Shown: piece after piece, positions 1 to 12,620 of the stretch
Layout: each line of letters begins with the position of its first letter
Position numbering within the stretch: position 1 is the stretch's first letter
Assembly: GCA_951406725.2 (NCBI GenBank)
Contig: OX597834.1
Coordinates: 41,478,001-41,542,000 of the forward strand
DNA from: Octopus vulgaris
Taxonomy: Eukaryota
Length of the DNA: 64,000 nucleotides
Reading direction: 5' to 3'
The notes under the pieces: generated by a model
What the model was told of the DNA's origin: nothing
The model's input: only the letters and a program-made list of their open reading frames with translations
Databases searched by the model: none
Position numbers and translations under genes: made by a program

Positions 1-866
1 CGCACCACTTCTCTAACTTGAGTCGTATGTAATTAAGCCACCAGCACCTAGTCGAACAAACACTTCCGCGCATGTGTAATACAATAATGGTGATGTTCTA
101 AATTGTTATATGGGAATGTAAATATGCTTGCAAATTGTTTTTGAGTAGCATTCAGTGATGGATAATCTTATAAGGATGGGCGTATATCAGCTGAAGACCA
201 TGCATGGATGTGTTAGTACAAATCACCAGGATGATAGAAACGTTGATCACCAGTTTATCATCCACCAACAACTGGATTACTACCTTCCACTTTGAAGGGC
301 GTGCGTTTGCAATCTAAGAACAAGATATACCAACCGAATGCCTGATGCACAAAAGTGACAGAAACGCAGTAAAGGCAGCAAAATGTGATAACCGATGCTG
401 ACATTGTGGAGTTAACACCGAAGATATCACCCACATCATAAGCAGTTATCCGAAAATGTCATCAAGTTATTATCTAGAGATGAGATAAGCTATTGTAGCT
501 GGGAGATTGTTGTTTAATGAGATCCGTCGGAAGGATAAGCCCAAGTTAAAAAAAAAAAAGAAAGAACCTACAGTATAGTAGAAGCCATAATCACTCATAA
601 TGAAAAGTAATACTGGTGGAGTGTCCTAGTGAAAGCCTCAATAAAATGTAAACACAATAGATATATTATAAGGATTTGGGATAGGATAAGAAATTGTGTA
701 CAGTTCCTGAAATCAGCTGAGAGTTCTGTCAAAAGTTTGTGTTATTATTTTCAATGCTCCAAAAGTATAAGTTTTCTAAAAATGTTTCGCATATTAAATA
801 GAGAGATAATTAATTGTTGTGACGTAGATTCTCTCTTTCTAATTGTCGTAACTTAGAATTCATATT

Positions 867-1280
867 TACTCTTTTACTCTTTTACTTGTTTCAGTCATTT
901 GACTGCGGCCATGCTGGAGCACCGCCTTTAATCGAGCAACTCGACCCCGGGACTTATTCTTTTGTGAGCCCAGTACTTATTCTATCGGTCTCTTCTTCCG
1001 AACCGCTAAGTAACAGGGACATAAACACACCAGCATCGGTTGTCAAGCAATGCCAGGGGGACAAACACAGACGCACAAACACACACACGCATATGTATAT
1101 ATATATACATATATACGACGGGCTTCTTTCAGTTTCCGTCTACCAAATCCACTCACAAGGCATTGGTCGGCCCGAGGCTATAGTAGAATACACTTGCCCA
1201 AGGTGCCACGCAGTGGGACTGAACCCGGAACCATGTGGTTGGTAAACAAGCTACTTACCACACAGCCACTCCTGCGCCTA
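867..1280 (-). mobile_element. tRNA-derived SINE, family A (internal CA/TA microsatellite)
   Basis: Head taggcgcaggagtggctgtgtggtaag...ggttcagtccc with A/B-box-like motifs, (aagagta)n tail; more than 12 similar copies in the window. Confidence 0.88.
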
Positions 1281-1649
1281 TATATTTATTTTATTCTTCC
1301 GCAATCCACTGACGTCACCTGAAGGTGAATACTAAATTAGCTTTTCTTAGAATATCATATATTTTTCATCTTGACGTTCCTTTTGTATGCGTTTACCTAC
1401 TGGAAATATTTTCTTAGTTCACTTTGAAGTCAACAAATTTTGAATCGACTTGAGAACATTGTGTTAACATGTATTTTCGGATACATTAATTTGAATTTTT
1501 TTTTGTCTAAATATGTTAATGCAGCAGAAACGATCGCCATGACACTTTTATCACAATTAAAGATGTGATTTTTCTCTCTCCCTATTTTTGCTCTGAATTT
1601 CATGAAATTCTAAATGATATTTGGACCTACTTGTCATACATCAGGAATT

Positions 1650-2030
1650 GAAGGCGCAATGGCCCAGTGGTTAGGGCAGCGGACTCGCGGTCATAGGATC
1701 GCGGTTTCGATTCCCAGACCGGGTGTTGTGAGTGTTTATTGACCAAAAACACATAAAAGCTTCACGAGGCTCCGGCAAGGGATGGTGGTGATCCCTGCTG
1801 TACTCTTTCACCACAACTTTCTCTCACTCTTACTTCCTGTATCTGTTGTACCTGTATTTCAAAGGGCCGGCCTTGTCCCTCTCTGTGTCACGCTGAATAT
1901 CCCCGATAACTACGTTAAGGGTACACGTGCCTGTGGAGTGCTCGGCCACTTACACGTTAATTTCACGAGCAGGCTGTTCCGTTGATTCGGATCAACCGGA
2001 ACCCTCGTCGTCGTAACTGACGGAGTGCTT
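1650..2030 (+). mobile_element. tRNA-derived SINE, family B
   Basis: Head ggcgcaatggcccagtggttaggg...ggtttcgattccc; near-identical inverted copies at 27349 and 42294. Confidence 0.85.
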
Positions 2031-2507
2031 CCTTACACCAGGAATTATTTTGGATGTTTATTCTACTTGCATTTATTGGTGTCTGTCCGTTTCTTTGGTA
2101 GAGTTAAGCAAAATCGTTTAAAACTGAATGCTTTATTATTGTTACCTGCCTTATTTTCTTTTTTATCCCTTCTTTTCTTCTTACATAAAATATATATTTA
2201 TCATATAAAATATACATATAGGCGCAGGAGCGGCTGTGTGGTAAGTAATTTGCTTACTAACCACGTGGTTCCGGGTTCAATGAAAGACAATGAAACAGCT
2301 GTAATCGATTCTAGAAGATTATCGGGTGCTAATCAAGGGTGCCTAACAAAAATTTGAGAGAAGTTAAAACCCAATCTGTTTATGTATTCATCAAATTCGA
2401 TAGCTACAGATAACTGGAGCTACTAATTTGCATAACGTATTTTAAGCTTTATTCAGTCTGAGATACCTGTCAACGAGGATCTCAGTTAAGGTTTGGTATA
2501 ATATATA

Positions 2508-3009
2508 TCTATATATATAAAACTGTAGTTGTGTGAGTGTCGGTCCCCTTCGATTTAGATTCCCACATTTTGCGGTGCAGTTTAACCAAATTCGGGTATC
2601 ATATAGTTGTGATTCATATCGAGCCCGTCTGAGTATTAGCGCGCGTCTACGATGAGTCTACGATTTTAAAAATAATTTAACATCATTTTCTATTCCATTT
2701 TAATGCATAATTTTTCGTGTGTCGATGGCGGCGGAGTTGGCGTCCATGGTCATACTTGCACCTGTTTGCTTCTCCCCTCCTTCCCTCCCTCGTGAAGCTG
2801 TGGGGAAGGGAGTGTAAGGAAATCAACGTCGTAAAGCGTTGTCAAGGAGACCAGCGTTCTTTTAGAACAACGACTTCATGGCTTGAAGACGCCAAAACAG
2901 AAATGGCTAAGAAAGCCCGAATTGGCATATATAAGGGAAGTAACTCCTTAAAAATGCTTATATAGTTATTTCCCTTACAAACCCGAGCAACGCCGGGCGA
3001 AACTGCTAG
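2508..3009 (+). mobile_element. Non-autonomous Helitron-like element
   Basis: 5' TC, 3' hairpin cccg..cggg then CTAG, inserted between A and T; shares ends with copies at 11150 and 23276. Confidence 0.8.
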
Positions 3010-3397
3010 TTACCTATACAGTAGATATCGACTGTTTGTGGACAGCCTGACGAGGGATATTGTTCGTTGTTAGTGTTTTAAAACTTCTAAAACAGACTGA
3101 ACTGTCTGTTAATGCAAAGCATCACCCCCTACGACACGCCATACTTTTCAAAGTATGGAATCAAACCTATTTGGCATGATGGGCCGCTGGAAATGAAAGA
3201 AACTTTCGATAAGTGCCTAAAAATGAAATGGTCATAAAATCTAACTAGTTACAGCTACGGAGTTAGGATATTGAGAAGTAAATCGTTTCATGGATTGTAA
3301 CAAATGGTATAAATTTGGTAAAAATCTAGAACATTCACAACGGAGCCTTGTTGGATTTCATTGGAATAACCCATATGTGTGTGTGTTTATGTGTGTA

Positions 3398-3457
<60 letters not shown>

Positions 3458-3960
3458 GTAATGAATGGCAAGACAAATATATGCATGTGTGTCTCTGTCA
3501 ATGTGATTAGAAAGTGTTGACTTTTGTTGACTGGCAACAAATCTTCTGGTTGTTCTCTGCCTTCAAAGACGAGGGATATAAAAATTCATATTCCTTGCAT
3601 GCAAAAGAGCAAATGAACTAAAGGTTAACAGCAAGCAGAACATTCGACTTTTAAGCAAATCCTCAGTAAATATACAGACGTGCCATCATGAAAAATTCTT
3701 CAAAGGCAAAATCGCAAATTATTACGAAAGCTTCTTTTAGAAGCCAAGGACCACTGCAGCAGATTGCAATTCACTTTACTATCTTAAACATGGCATGCAT
3801 CAAAATTTACTGCACCTTTTTGTGCTACTAGGAAGTTTTTTCTTTTTTAATAACAAGGAAGCAAGTAGGCTTTTTGCTACACGTAACATAATGCAGCCTG
3901 ACCAATGGTCGCGCTGTCCTTTATTAAACAAATACATAGCCATATCACAATTAATATGCA

Positions 3961-4691
3961 TAATCATAGTGTAAGATCTATTTTTTGAGCAAATGAAATC
4001 TTAGCCTTTTGTTTACATAGATCAATAGTGTGTATTAGAGTTACAGAGATCAATTTCAATTATCCCATAAGTGATACCATACATACATAGTACCTGCAAC
4101 AAAACACGTGTCACTAAAGAATATTACAGTCAATATTTCTCAATCTTGAGAAATTAGGCTTCTCAAAACCAGAAAGGAGACAGCTGATTCGAAGTCTACA
4201 GATCCAAGCCATCAATGGAACTGTAAAAATCTGTAAAACTTTCCAGAAGTTTATCATTTAGATAAATATGAGTATGTCTAGATATGCAACTACATGCATG
4301 GGAATACTTCCTTCTTGCCATGGCACCTACTCCTCTCTTCACTCCTACCCACCTTCTACCTTCGTCTTTACCCCCTCCATCCACGACCCACCGTTACACA
4401 CCCCAACCCCGCCATCAAAATTCATCCCTATTAAATTTACTACACTTACTTCTGCGACAAGGAAGTTTTGTTTCTGTACAACAAAATATTTTCCAACAAA
4501 TGCATACATATACATACAGTGTGATAAATAGAGAAGTAGATACACACGTATATCTACCTTTACAGGTCAATACACACAAACATACTTACGTGAAAATTGA
4601 AATTGATCTCTGTAACTCTAATACTGTTGATCTATGTAAACAAAAGGCTAAGAGTCCATTTGCTCAAAAAATAGATCTTACACTATAATTA
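3961..4691. mobile_element. Element bounded by ~97-100 bp inverted repeats
   Basis: 3961-4061 is the imperfect reverse complement of 4595-4691. Confidence 0.7.
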
Positions 4692-4774
4692 TACCCTTTA
4701 CATGTCTTCCCCTCTCTTTCTCTGTCACTCATTCCATTTATCTTTCTCGGACCTTCACTACAACACTTCCTTGT

Positions 4775-4813
4775 TATATATAAGAAGATACAACGTCTTA
4801 GACTCGATCATTT
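4775..4813 (+). promoter_or_regulatory. Core promoter of IF gene 1 (TATA box + Inr-like TCATTT)
   Basis: TATATATAAG at 4775-4784 and TCATTT at 4808-4813, about 150 nt before ATG 4962; the same arrangement occurs upstream of gene 2. Confidence 0.7.
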
Positions 4814-4961
4814 GGCATCGCAAGTAAACCACAGCAGGTCGTAAAACGTTTTGTAGAATCTTTTTCCGAGCGCAATTCGTTCTCCAAGCAGTGAGTCGTT
4901 TCTTATTACATTCCCACATTTCTCTTTAACACAAAATCTTTGAATAACAACAATAAAAAAA

Positions 4962-5398
4962 ATGGATCGAGAAGAAATAAAAGCAAGAAAACCAGTGGGA
5001 CATGTGAGACGAAGAAGACCTTTCAGGAATGGCATTCGTATACCAGCTCCCATACAGCCAGCTCCAGTGTTCTTTCCCAAAGGAGTGATAGCAGAACATG
5101 GCCAAAAACAGGTTGCTGAAATGAAAAATAAGGGCGAAAAAGAAAAGAAAGAGATGCAAGCTTTAAATAGAAAACTTACCTCCTTTCTTCAAAATATACG
5201 TTACTTAGAAGCTGAAAACAAACATCTGAAAAATAACTTGAGTGCTGAGAAGGACTTTAAATGTGATAAAATCAAGATCTTATACGAAGATCGACTGAAG
5301 GAGTTGGAAAGACTTCTAAAAGACAAAGATGTGGAACTTGCAGCTACAAAGTCCAAAAATGAATCGCTTGAAGAAGAAGTTGAAGATTTGAAAGAACA
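4962..5398 (+). CDS. IF gene 1 exon 1: head, coil 1a, start of coil 1b
   Basis: MDREE...EKEKKEMQALNRKLTSFLQNIRYLEAENKHL (IF helix-initiation-like); donor CA|gtaagt, phase 2; paralogous to 32789-33240. Confidence 0.92.
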
Positions 5399-7117
5399 GT
5401 AAGTGAAATTTGTTCTTAATATATCCTTTATTGTGTGCTCTTAATTATATCCTTTCTACGCATCATAAACGTCCATCTTTAAGGTGAGGTCAATTTCTCT
5501 TAATTAGATTAATTCAATTTCCTTTTAATTTTCTTTCTCTACATTCTACCTATAGTGAATTTTCGCATTCTAGTTAGGCATCCAGCTCTTGAAATTTTAA
5601 AATTTGCAACACTTAAGATATCAATATTAAGCGTAGAAACTCTGCTTGGTCTGTTTGTTGCAGAACAAAACTCTTAGGTTCAATTCTTATATTCTATGTA
5701 AAAAAAAAAAAAAGTCAGCTTGGCGAGTTGTTCATTTTTAAAAAGAATCTTGATATAGCTCGACATTCAGACAATACATAAATATCAAAAGGATTCAGCT
5801 AAATTTGCAATATCTAGATGAATAGCATTCGAGCTGTTAGGTCAGGCATACCTTTCGGTTTAAGTCTATATACATTTCTGATGAAACGAAATTCCTATCC
5901 ACCCTAGTGTAAGTCCGTGTAAGCTGATTTCTTTATTTGATCAGTTCCCTGTGATTGTTTTGAGTATTATGGCACATTTCTAGTCTATGTCAAGCTATGA
6001 TGGAAGTGAAGGCCCCATGAAATTTAACTAAGCTTTCAATAACCCGACTTACTTTTTTGACTTAATCAAAGTCATTCTCTCTTCACCTTTCGTGTTTCTT
6101 TTGTCAATACATCAAAATGACTTTGAACGTTTGTAATCACGATAACGATACTATCTGAATAAATTAACATGCTCCGTGAGTTTAAAAGACGAAACTGTAC
6201 TTTCTCGAACGAGTTGATTGTGAGAAAAATTAGTAAAAACTCAAGAGCGGGGGTAGGGTGGGGGGTAATCTTTAAAAATTGGGGGAATCGGAAAATTGTG
6301 TCGAACAAGAATGAAGCTTTTGTAGTGTAGTTCAGTGAAGACACTAAGGAAACCATTCATACGAGCCACAGTTGACACCATTGAAAGACTTTGAGGGAAT
6401 TGAACTGATCGGAGATCCATCCAATCCAATTCCAAGATGTTTTATGAAATATTATTGGAGGTGATGCCTTGCTTTTATAGATGTAAAAAAGAATTCAGTC
6501 CGTTTTAGAGGTTTCAGAACACTTACAACGAACAATATCAATATTTTTGCTAACATTGGGCTGTTACCCATGGATATACTCACTAGAATTGTGAACTAAA
6601 TAATATTTGCAATAATTTTATTGGAGTAGCATGACTTAAACGCGGGGTCTCAATTCTCAGATACTCTTTCACATTCGTAGTATCGCAACGTCCAATCGAA
6701 TTTCAATAATTTATACTGCGTCATATCGTAAAGATAAGCTTCCTGGTCCACTTCAACCAACCAATCAACGCCGCCGCCTAACATGATTGATTGGTACAGC
6801 ACTTTCGTAATTAACCAGGATGTTAATTAATGCTCAGATAATGTTACCGATTATTTCTTTTTTTTTTTTTTTTACTTGCTTCGGTCATTGAACTGCGGCT
6901 ATACTGGGGTACCACCTGGAAAGATTTAGTCGAATAAATCGACCCTACAACCGATGTCTGCTACATAGTCTAATTGGTTCTTTGGCTAAACCCTTAACTA
7001 CGGAAAGTAAATTGTGAACATTCTCCGTCTTCATTTACACTTTAATTATTAACCTAATTAGCAGTCTGATAGCCTGATCTCTATCACTTAAATATTGGAA
7101 ACTCTCTCTCTTTTTTT

Positions 7118-7506
7118 TACTTGTTTCAGTCATTTGACTGCGGCCATATTGGAGCACCGCCTTTAGTCGAGCAACTCGACCCCGGGACTTATTCTTTGTA
7201 AGCCCAGTACTTATTCTATCGGCCTCTTTTGCCGAACCGCTAAGAGGACGGGGACATAAACACACCAGCATCGGTTGTCAAGCAATGCTAGGGGGACAAA
7301 CACAAACATACATGCACACACATATATACATATATACACATATATACGACAGGCTTCTTTCAGTTTCCGTCTACCAAATCCACTCACAAGGCTTTGGTCG
7401 GCCCGAGGCTATAGCAGAAGACACTTGCCCAAGGTGCCACGCAGTGGGACTGAACCCGGAACCATGTGGTTGGTAAACAAGCTACTTACCACACATCCAC
7501 TCCTGC
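7118..7506 (-). mobile_element. SINE family A
   Basis: Aligns to 867-1280. Confidence 0.85.
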
Positions 7507-7983
7507 TATTTAAGCTTTTATAAGAACAGCCATAGTTAATTGCAAAAGTCCATAAACACTACCTTCACAGTTCTAAGATAACACTCCAAACCACTCCTAG
7601 CTATTTTATGCAGATACGTTTGGTATCTATAAAAATACTTGGTTGCTCGAACTCTAAATTTTGATACGAAAGCGATCAAAATTGCTGATCGTATGTAAAT
7701 CCCGGATAACCAATACCTTTTACTCGAATTCCCGAAATAGCTCTGGCAGATAATTGGTACAAAACTCTCTTTCGTACGTTCACTTATCCGACCTTAAGTA
7801 TTTACAAAAATTAGACTTTACAAATATAAAATTTGTAATTAATCCAGATGTGCATTTCAATTACTTTGTGTGGTGTATAATATAATTGGCAATTTTCCTA
7901 ATCTGTCCGTTTAAAAGACACCACATGATTTCGCTGTTTTTCTGGACCAGCCACAATCATCATACTCTTCCTCTCTCTCTTTT

Positions 7984-8381
7984 ACTCTTTTACTCTTTTA
8001 CTTGTTTCAGTCATTTGACTGCGGCCATGCTGGAGCACCGCCTTTAGTCGAGCAAATCGACCCCGGGACTTATTCTTTGTAAGCCCAGTACTTATTCTAT
8101 CGGTCTCTTTTGCCGAACCGCTAAGTGACGGGGACGTAAACACACCAGCATCGGTTGTCAAGCAATGCTAGGGGGACAAACACAGACACACAAACTTATA
8201 TTTATATACATATATACGACAGGCTTCTTTCAGTTTCCGTCTACCAAATCCACTCACAAGGCATTGGTCGGCCCGGGGCTATAGCAGAAGACACTTGCCC
8301 AAGGTGCCACGCAGTGGGACTGAACCCGGAACCATGTGGTTGGTTAGCAAGCTACTTACCACACAGCCACTCCTGCGCCTA
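7984..8381 (-). mobile_element. SINE family A
   Basis: Aligns to 867-1280. Confidence 0.88.
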
Positions 8382-8640
8382 TAATGAAGCTTATCAATGA
8401 TAAACATCTTTGTTTAATAACAGATATTGTCATCGATGACTTGAATGAAGCACCATTTGTATTTCTAACGAAACATCTTAGACGGATTTGTTTTGCCCTA
8501 GCTCAGTTCCTGATAATTAAAGGCGTTCCATTTATGACAATTCCATCTTCTTTGTGACACATTTGAGTGCGATTTGTGTTATAAATGGACGACCATGAAG
8601 AATCTCCTTCTCGTTGGCTCAATCCCAATTTTCTTTTATC

Positions 8641-8917
8641 CTTTTATTCTTTTACTTGTTTCAGTCATTTGACTGCGGCCTTGCTGGAGCACCGCCTTTA
8701 GTCGAGCAAATCGACCCCAGGGCTTATTCTTTGTAAGCCTCGTACTTATTCTATCGGTCTCTTTTGCCGAATCGCTAAGTTACGGGGACATAAACACACC
8801 AGCATCGGTTGTCAAGCGATGTTGGTGTGGTGTGTGTGTGTGTGTGTGGGGGGGGGGGCAAACACAGACACAAACACACATATATATACATATACAAGAC
8901 AGGCTTCTTTCAGTTTC
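8641..8917 (-). mobile_element. SINE family A, truncated
   Basis: Tail half only. Confidence 0.8.
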
Positions 8918-8992
8918 TTACAGAAACCCCATTTTTTTTTTACTGCAGAGATTCCGAATCTGCAAAAAAATCAGCATTTCAAAAGTTTAGTC

Positions 8993-9204
8993 ACCACACC
9001 CCACACCCCCTACCACACCCCTACCACATCCCCACCCCCCTACCACATCCCCACCCCCCTGCCACACCTCACCCTACCACACCACTCCCACCACACCCCA
9101 CCCACCCCGCCCCATACCCCACCCACCCCACCCCCACCCACCCCACCCCGCCCCTACCCCACCCCACCCTGCCACCCCACCCCACCCCTGCCACCCCACC
9201 CCAC
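8993..9204. repeat. C-rich (CCCCA/CCACA)n low-complexity tract
   Basis: About 210 nt almost entirely C/A; G-runs on the minus strand. Confidence 0.9.
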
Positions 9205-9747
9205 AGTTTTTTTTTACTTTTTTAGAACTTTTTTTAGCGAAATACGCAGAAAAATACAGAGATTATGATTCTGAAAAAACAAAAATGTTTTTGTAAAATT
9301 TTAATTTTCCAAAAATAAATAAATAAACACCCTTCCCCTCCCCCAGCGTATCTGTGACAGAAAGTGAACATGTGGCGGTTGAGGGTCTTTTGGAATTAAG
9401 GGAGATATGTAAAAATGAGTTTTTTTGCACGCGTCGCGCACACACACGACAACAGCAACAAAATGACATTAAAAATTTTTTTGCTCTTTTGTATTTCGTA
9501 TTAAGAAAGTGGATCTCCGGTTTTGTTGTTGTCGTTGGAGCGTTCTTTAAAAATTGAAGATTTTCAAAAACACCAAAGACACGTTTTCAAAATTTTTATT
9601 TTCCCCCTCTCCATCCCTCTGGCAAAAAAAAAAGAAGAGGGTGTAGGATATTAAAATTTTGAAAACGCTATTCGTCGTTTAGCTGCTGTTTCTAGCACGT
9701 CAAGTTTTAATTTCTTAGCAAAACCATTTTGACTATTTCTCTGTCAG

Positions 9748-9934
9748 ATTAACACAAGTAAAGGACGAGAAAGACAGAGTGCAAGCGGAAATCGATGGAT
9801 TACACGATGAAGTTGCCCAACGCATTGCAGAGAGCGAAAACAACAGAAGGAGGGCAAGCGAACTTCAGAAGCAAGTTGATGACTTGAAGGCCAGAAATGG
9901 CATAGTGGTGAATCAACTGAGTAAACTTAGAGAG
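9748..9934 (+). CDS. IF gene 1 exon 2 (187 nt, long coil 1b)
   Basis: ctgtcag|A TTA ACA...; LTQVKDEKDRVQAEIDGLHDEVAQRIAESE...KLRE; GAG|gtacgt; same size and phase as 38790-38976. Confidence 0.92.
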
Positions 9935-10439
9935 GTACGTTGCAATGCTTTGAAGTAATCTCACACATATACACACACACGCACACACATACACCTCCTA
10001 CACGCACGCACACGCACGCACACACACACACACACACTCACACACACACACATACATATATACGACGGGCTTCTTTCAGTACTATATGTGGTACTGGTGT
10101 ATTTCTATCTTCTACGTCTATTTCCTAATTAGTACGGCTAATGCTTCGTTTATGAGGAGATACTCTTGTATTTTTCTAAGTGATGGGTCCACCGGGTGCT
10201 TTGACAAAATGTGGATGTCAATTCGGCCCAGTGTGCCACAATGTTGGTGTCTGGGATGTTGATAGAGTATGGAGGACTGTTTCTTGTCACTGTATTCTCT
10301 CCCGTGCTCGTTTAGTCTTTCCGCTATACACCAAGAAGTCTCCCATTTTATGCAGTGTTTCTGTCCTTACATGCCACGCAGTTCTCCAGTCGCACCTTCA
10401 TCGGCGGGATGGTTGAACCCAATGTAGTCCGTGAACTGG

Positions 10440-10690
10440 GGTCAGCTCTCGCCTATTGGACTGTTGAAGGAATAATCCTTTTCCCATACGAAGGAGTTAA
10501 ATCCCTAATCTGGGACACGGCGGCCCGCGATATTTTCCCCTCCTCCAGCCTTGTCGCATCGACTGCAAATCTGTATTTCGCCCTCCTTAAAGAAGAGGAG
10601 AGGAAGTTAAACAAATACTAGAGCTTAAATGAACTCTATCTCTTTTTGCCGGTCGCCGTCGAGATCTCAGGTGTTTTTTGAACCCCGCAC
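10440..10690 (+). mobile_element. Degenerate non-LTR retrotransposon fragment (CRE-like restriction-endonuclease domain)
   Basis: EGIILFPYEGVKSLIWDT...EERKLNKY*..FLPVAVEISG resembles the PDG..P..G..LxWD..E..K..KY..FxPxAxETxG motif; internal stop. Confidence 0.55.
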
Positions 10691-10971
10691 TGCTCTAAAG
10701 AATAACGCATTGTCGCCTATCATATTATGAATAGTCTCCTTGCAAAGTGCCCTAACCCTAAAACGTCGGTTATTAAAGTACTGCATAAACTTCTAATAAC
10801 AGTGTGTGCGTATGGGGGTGGAGGGTAGGGGCAACACCAAAATAGTTCCTATGCGAACCGATTTCACTTTTCTTATTTTTGTACTTCATCTTCCGTCCAG
10901 GATTAATTATTGATGTAAAGCGTACTTTTCGAAAAATAAAGATGAAAGTATTTTTTAAATCTTTTCTGTAG

Positions 10972-11067
10972 GAACTAGAAATGGAAACTAGTGAGAGATT
11001 GGAATTAGCAGACTGTGCCGCGATGCTGGAAGACGAACTCTCTTTCAATTATGATATCCATGATGCC
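10972..11067 (+). CDS. IF gene 1 exon 3 (96 nt)
   Basis: tgtag|GAA; ELEMETSERLELADCAAMLEDELSFNYDIHDA; GCC|gtaatg; paralog 42839-42934. Confidence 0.9.
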
Positions 11068-11149
11068 GTAATGTTGCTCTTATTTTTTCCCTTTCGTGTT
11101 ATTTTCTTTTTTTTTTTGCACGGGAATTGCCATGTAGTTTTTAGTTATA

Positions 11150-11545
11150 TCTTTATATACAAAAGTGAGGTTGTGTGTTGTCTGTCTCCTACGATTTAGA
11201 TTCCTAACTACTCCCACATTTTGCGGTGCAGTTTAACCAAAACCGGGTATCTTATAGTCGTGATTCATATCGAGCCCTTCTGGGTATTAGCGCGCGTCTA
11301 CGATGAGTCTACGATTTAAAAAAAAATTACCATCAATTTTTCCCATTTTTAATGCTTTTTTGGCATATATAAGGGAAGTAAATCTCTAAAAATTTATTAT
11401 TAAATGTCAGAACGTAAAAAGCTACAGTAACCCCCCCCCCTTTGTGGTTAGCCGTATTGAGATGGCTATTATACTTTACATCTCTAAAAATGCTTATATA
11501 GTTATTTCCCTTACAAACCCGAGCAATGCCGGGCGATACTGCTAG
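11150..11545 (+). mobile_element. Non-autonomous Helitron-like element in gene 1 intron 3
   Basis: TC...hairpin...CTAG at an A|T site; the paralogous gene 2 intron 3 (around 43005) lacks it. Confidence 0.85.
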
Positions 11546-11754
11546 TTCTTTTATAAATTCCTCACGGTGTTTACAACTTCCTGGAATCAGGTTGCGTCAA
11601 TTTCGCAATCAAAGGATCAATACTTTTCAAGAGATAAGTTACAACTATCTCAGTAAGCTGATAGTTAGGAAACGTTCAAGAAAACCAGTTAGATCTGCCT
11701 GAAATAATATCAGATTTTCCAGTGATTTCATGAGCCTGGTAAGATTTGATCGTG

Positions 11755-12045
11755 AGGGCGCGTGGCTTAGTGGTTAGGGCATTCGGCTCATGATCGTAAG
11801 GTTGTGAGTTCGATTCCCGGCGACGCGTTGTGTCCTTGAGCAAGACACTTTATTTCACGATGAGTTGTACTTGTATTTCAAAGGGTCAGCCTTGTCACTC
11901 TCTGTGTCACGCTGATTATCCCCGAGAACTACGTTAAGGGTACACATGTCTGTGGAATGCTCAGCCATTTGCACGTTAATTTCACGAGCAAGCTGTTCCG
12001 TTGATCGTATCAGCTGGGACCCTCGTCGTCGTAACCGGCGGAGTC
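11755..12045 (+). mobile_element. tRNA-derived SINE (family B-related)
   Basis: ggcgcgtggcttagtggttaggg head; tail shared with family B. Confidence 0.8.
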
Positions 12046-12195
12046 TTTTTAAAGATTTTGATCAGGTTCCAAAAGACGAGGTGCCCGCCAAGCAGAAACT
12101 TTCGTCGGTGCCTCCTATCCCGATACCGAATCTGCAGTCACTTATGGCTTGATCACTTCTCTATAGCTAGAATACTTATCTCTCAAAATGACACA

Positions 12196-12620
12196 TAGGC
12201 GCAGGAGTGGCTGTGTGGTAAGTAGCTTGTTTACCAACCACATGATTCCGGGTTCAGTCCCACTGCGTGGCACCTTGGGCAGGTGTCTTCTACTATAGCC
12301 TCGGGCCGACCAAAGCCTTGTGAGTGGATTTGGTAGACGGAAACTGAAAGAAGCCCATCGTATATATGTATATATATATATATATATATATGCGTGTGTG
12401 TGTTTGTGTGAGTGTGTTTGTCCCCCTAGCATTGCTTGACAACCGATGCTGGTGTGTTTATGTCCCCGTTACTTAGCGGTTCGGAAGAAGAGACCGATAG
12501 AATAAGTACTGGGCTTACAAAAGAATAAGTCCCGGGGTCGAGTTGCTCGACTAAAGGCGGTGCTCCAGCATGGCCGCAGTCAAATGACTGAAACAAGTAA
12601 AAGAGTAAAAGAGTAAGAGT
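12196..12620 (+). mobile_element. SINE family A
   Basis: Full head to tail; absent at the aligned gene 2 site (around 43600). Confidence 0.88.

Noticed and set aside
240-300. PVYHPPTTGL resembling a retroviral integrase YHPQxNG motif
   Set aside because: Too short and degenerate to support a call
886-1322. Recurrent ORFs such as QIHSQGIGRPEAI..CPRCHAVGLNPEPCGW suggesting a gene family
   Set aside because: Chance translations of SINE family A copies
1650-1725. tRNA genes at SINE heads
   Set aside because: tRNA-like A/B boxes run directly into SINE bodies; no complete cloverleaf verified
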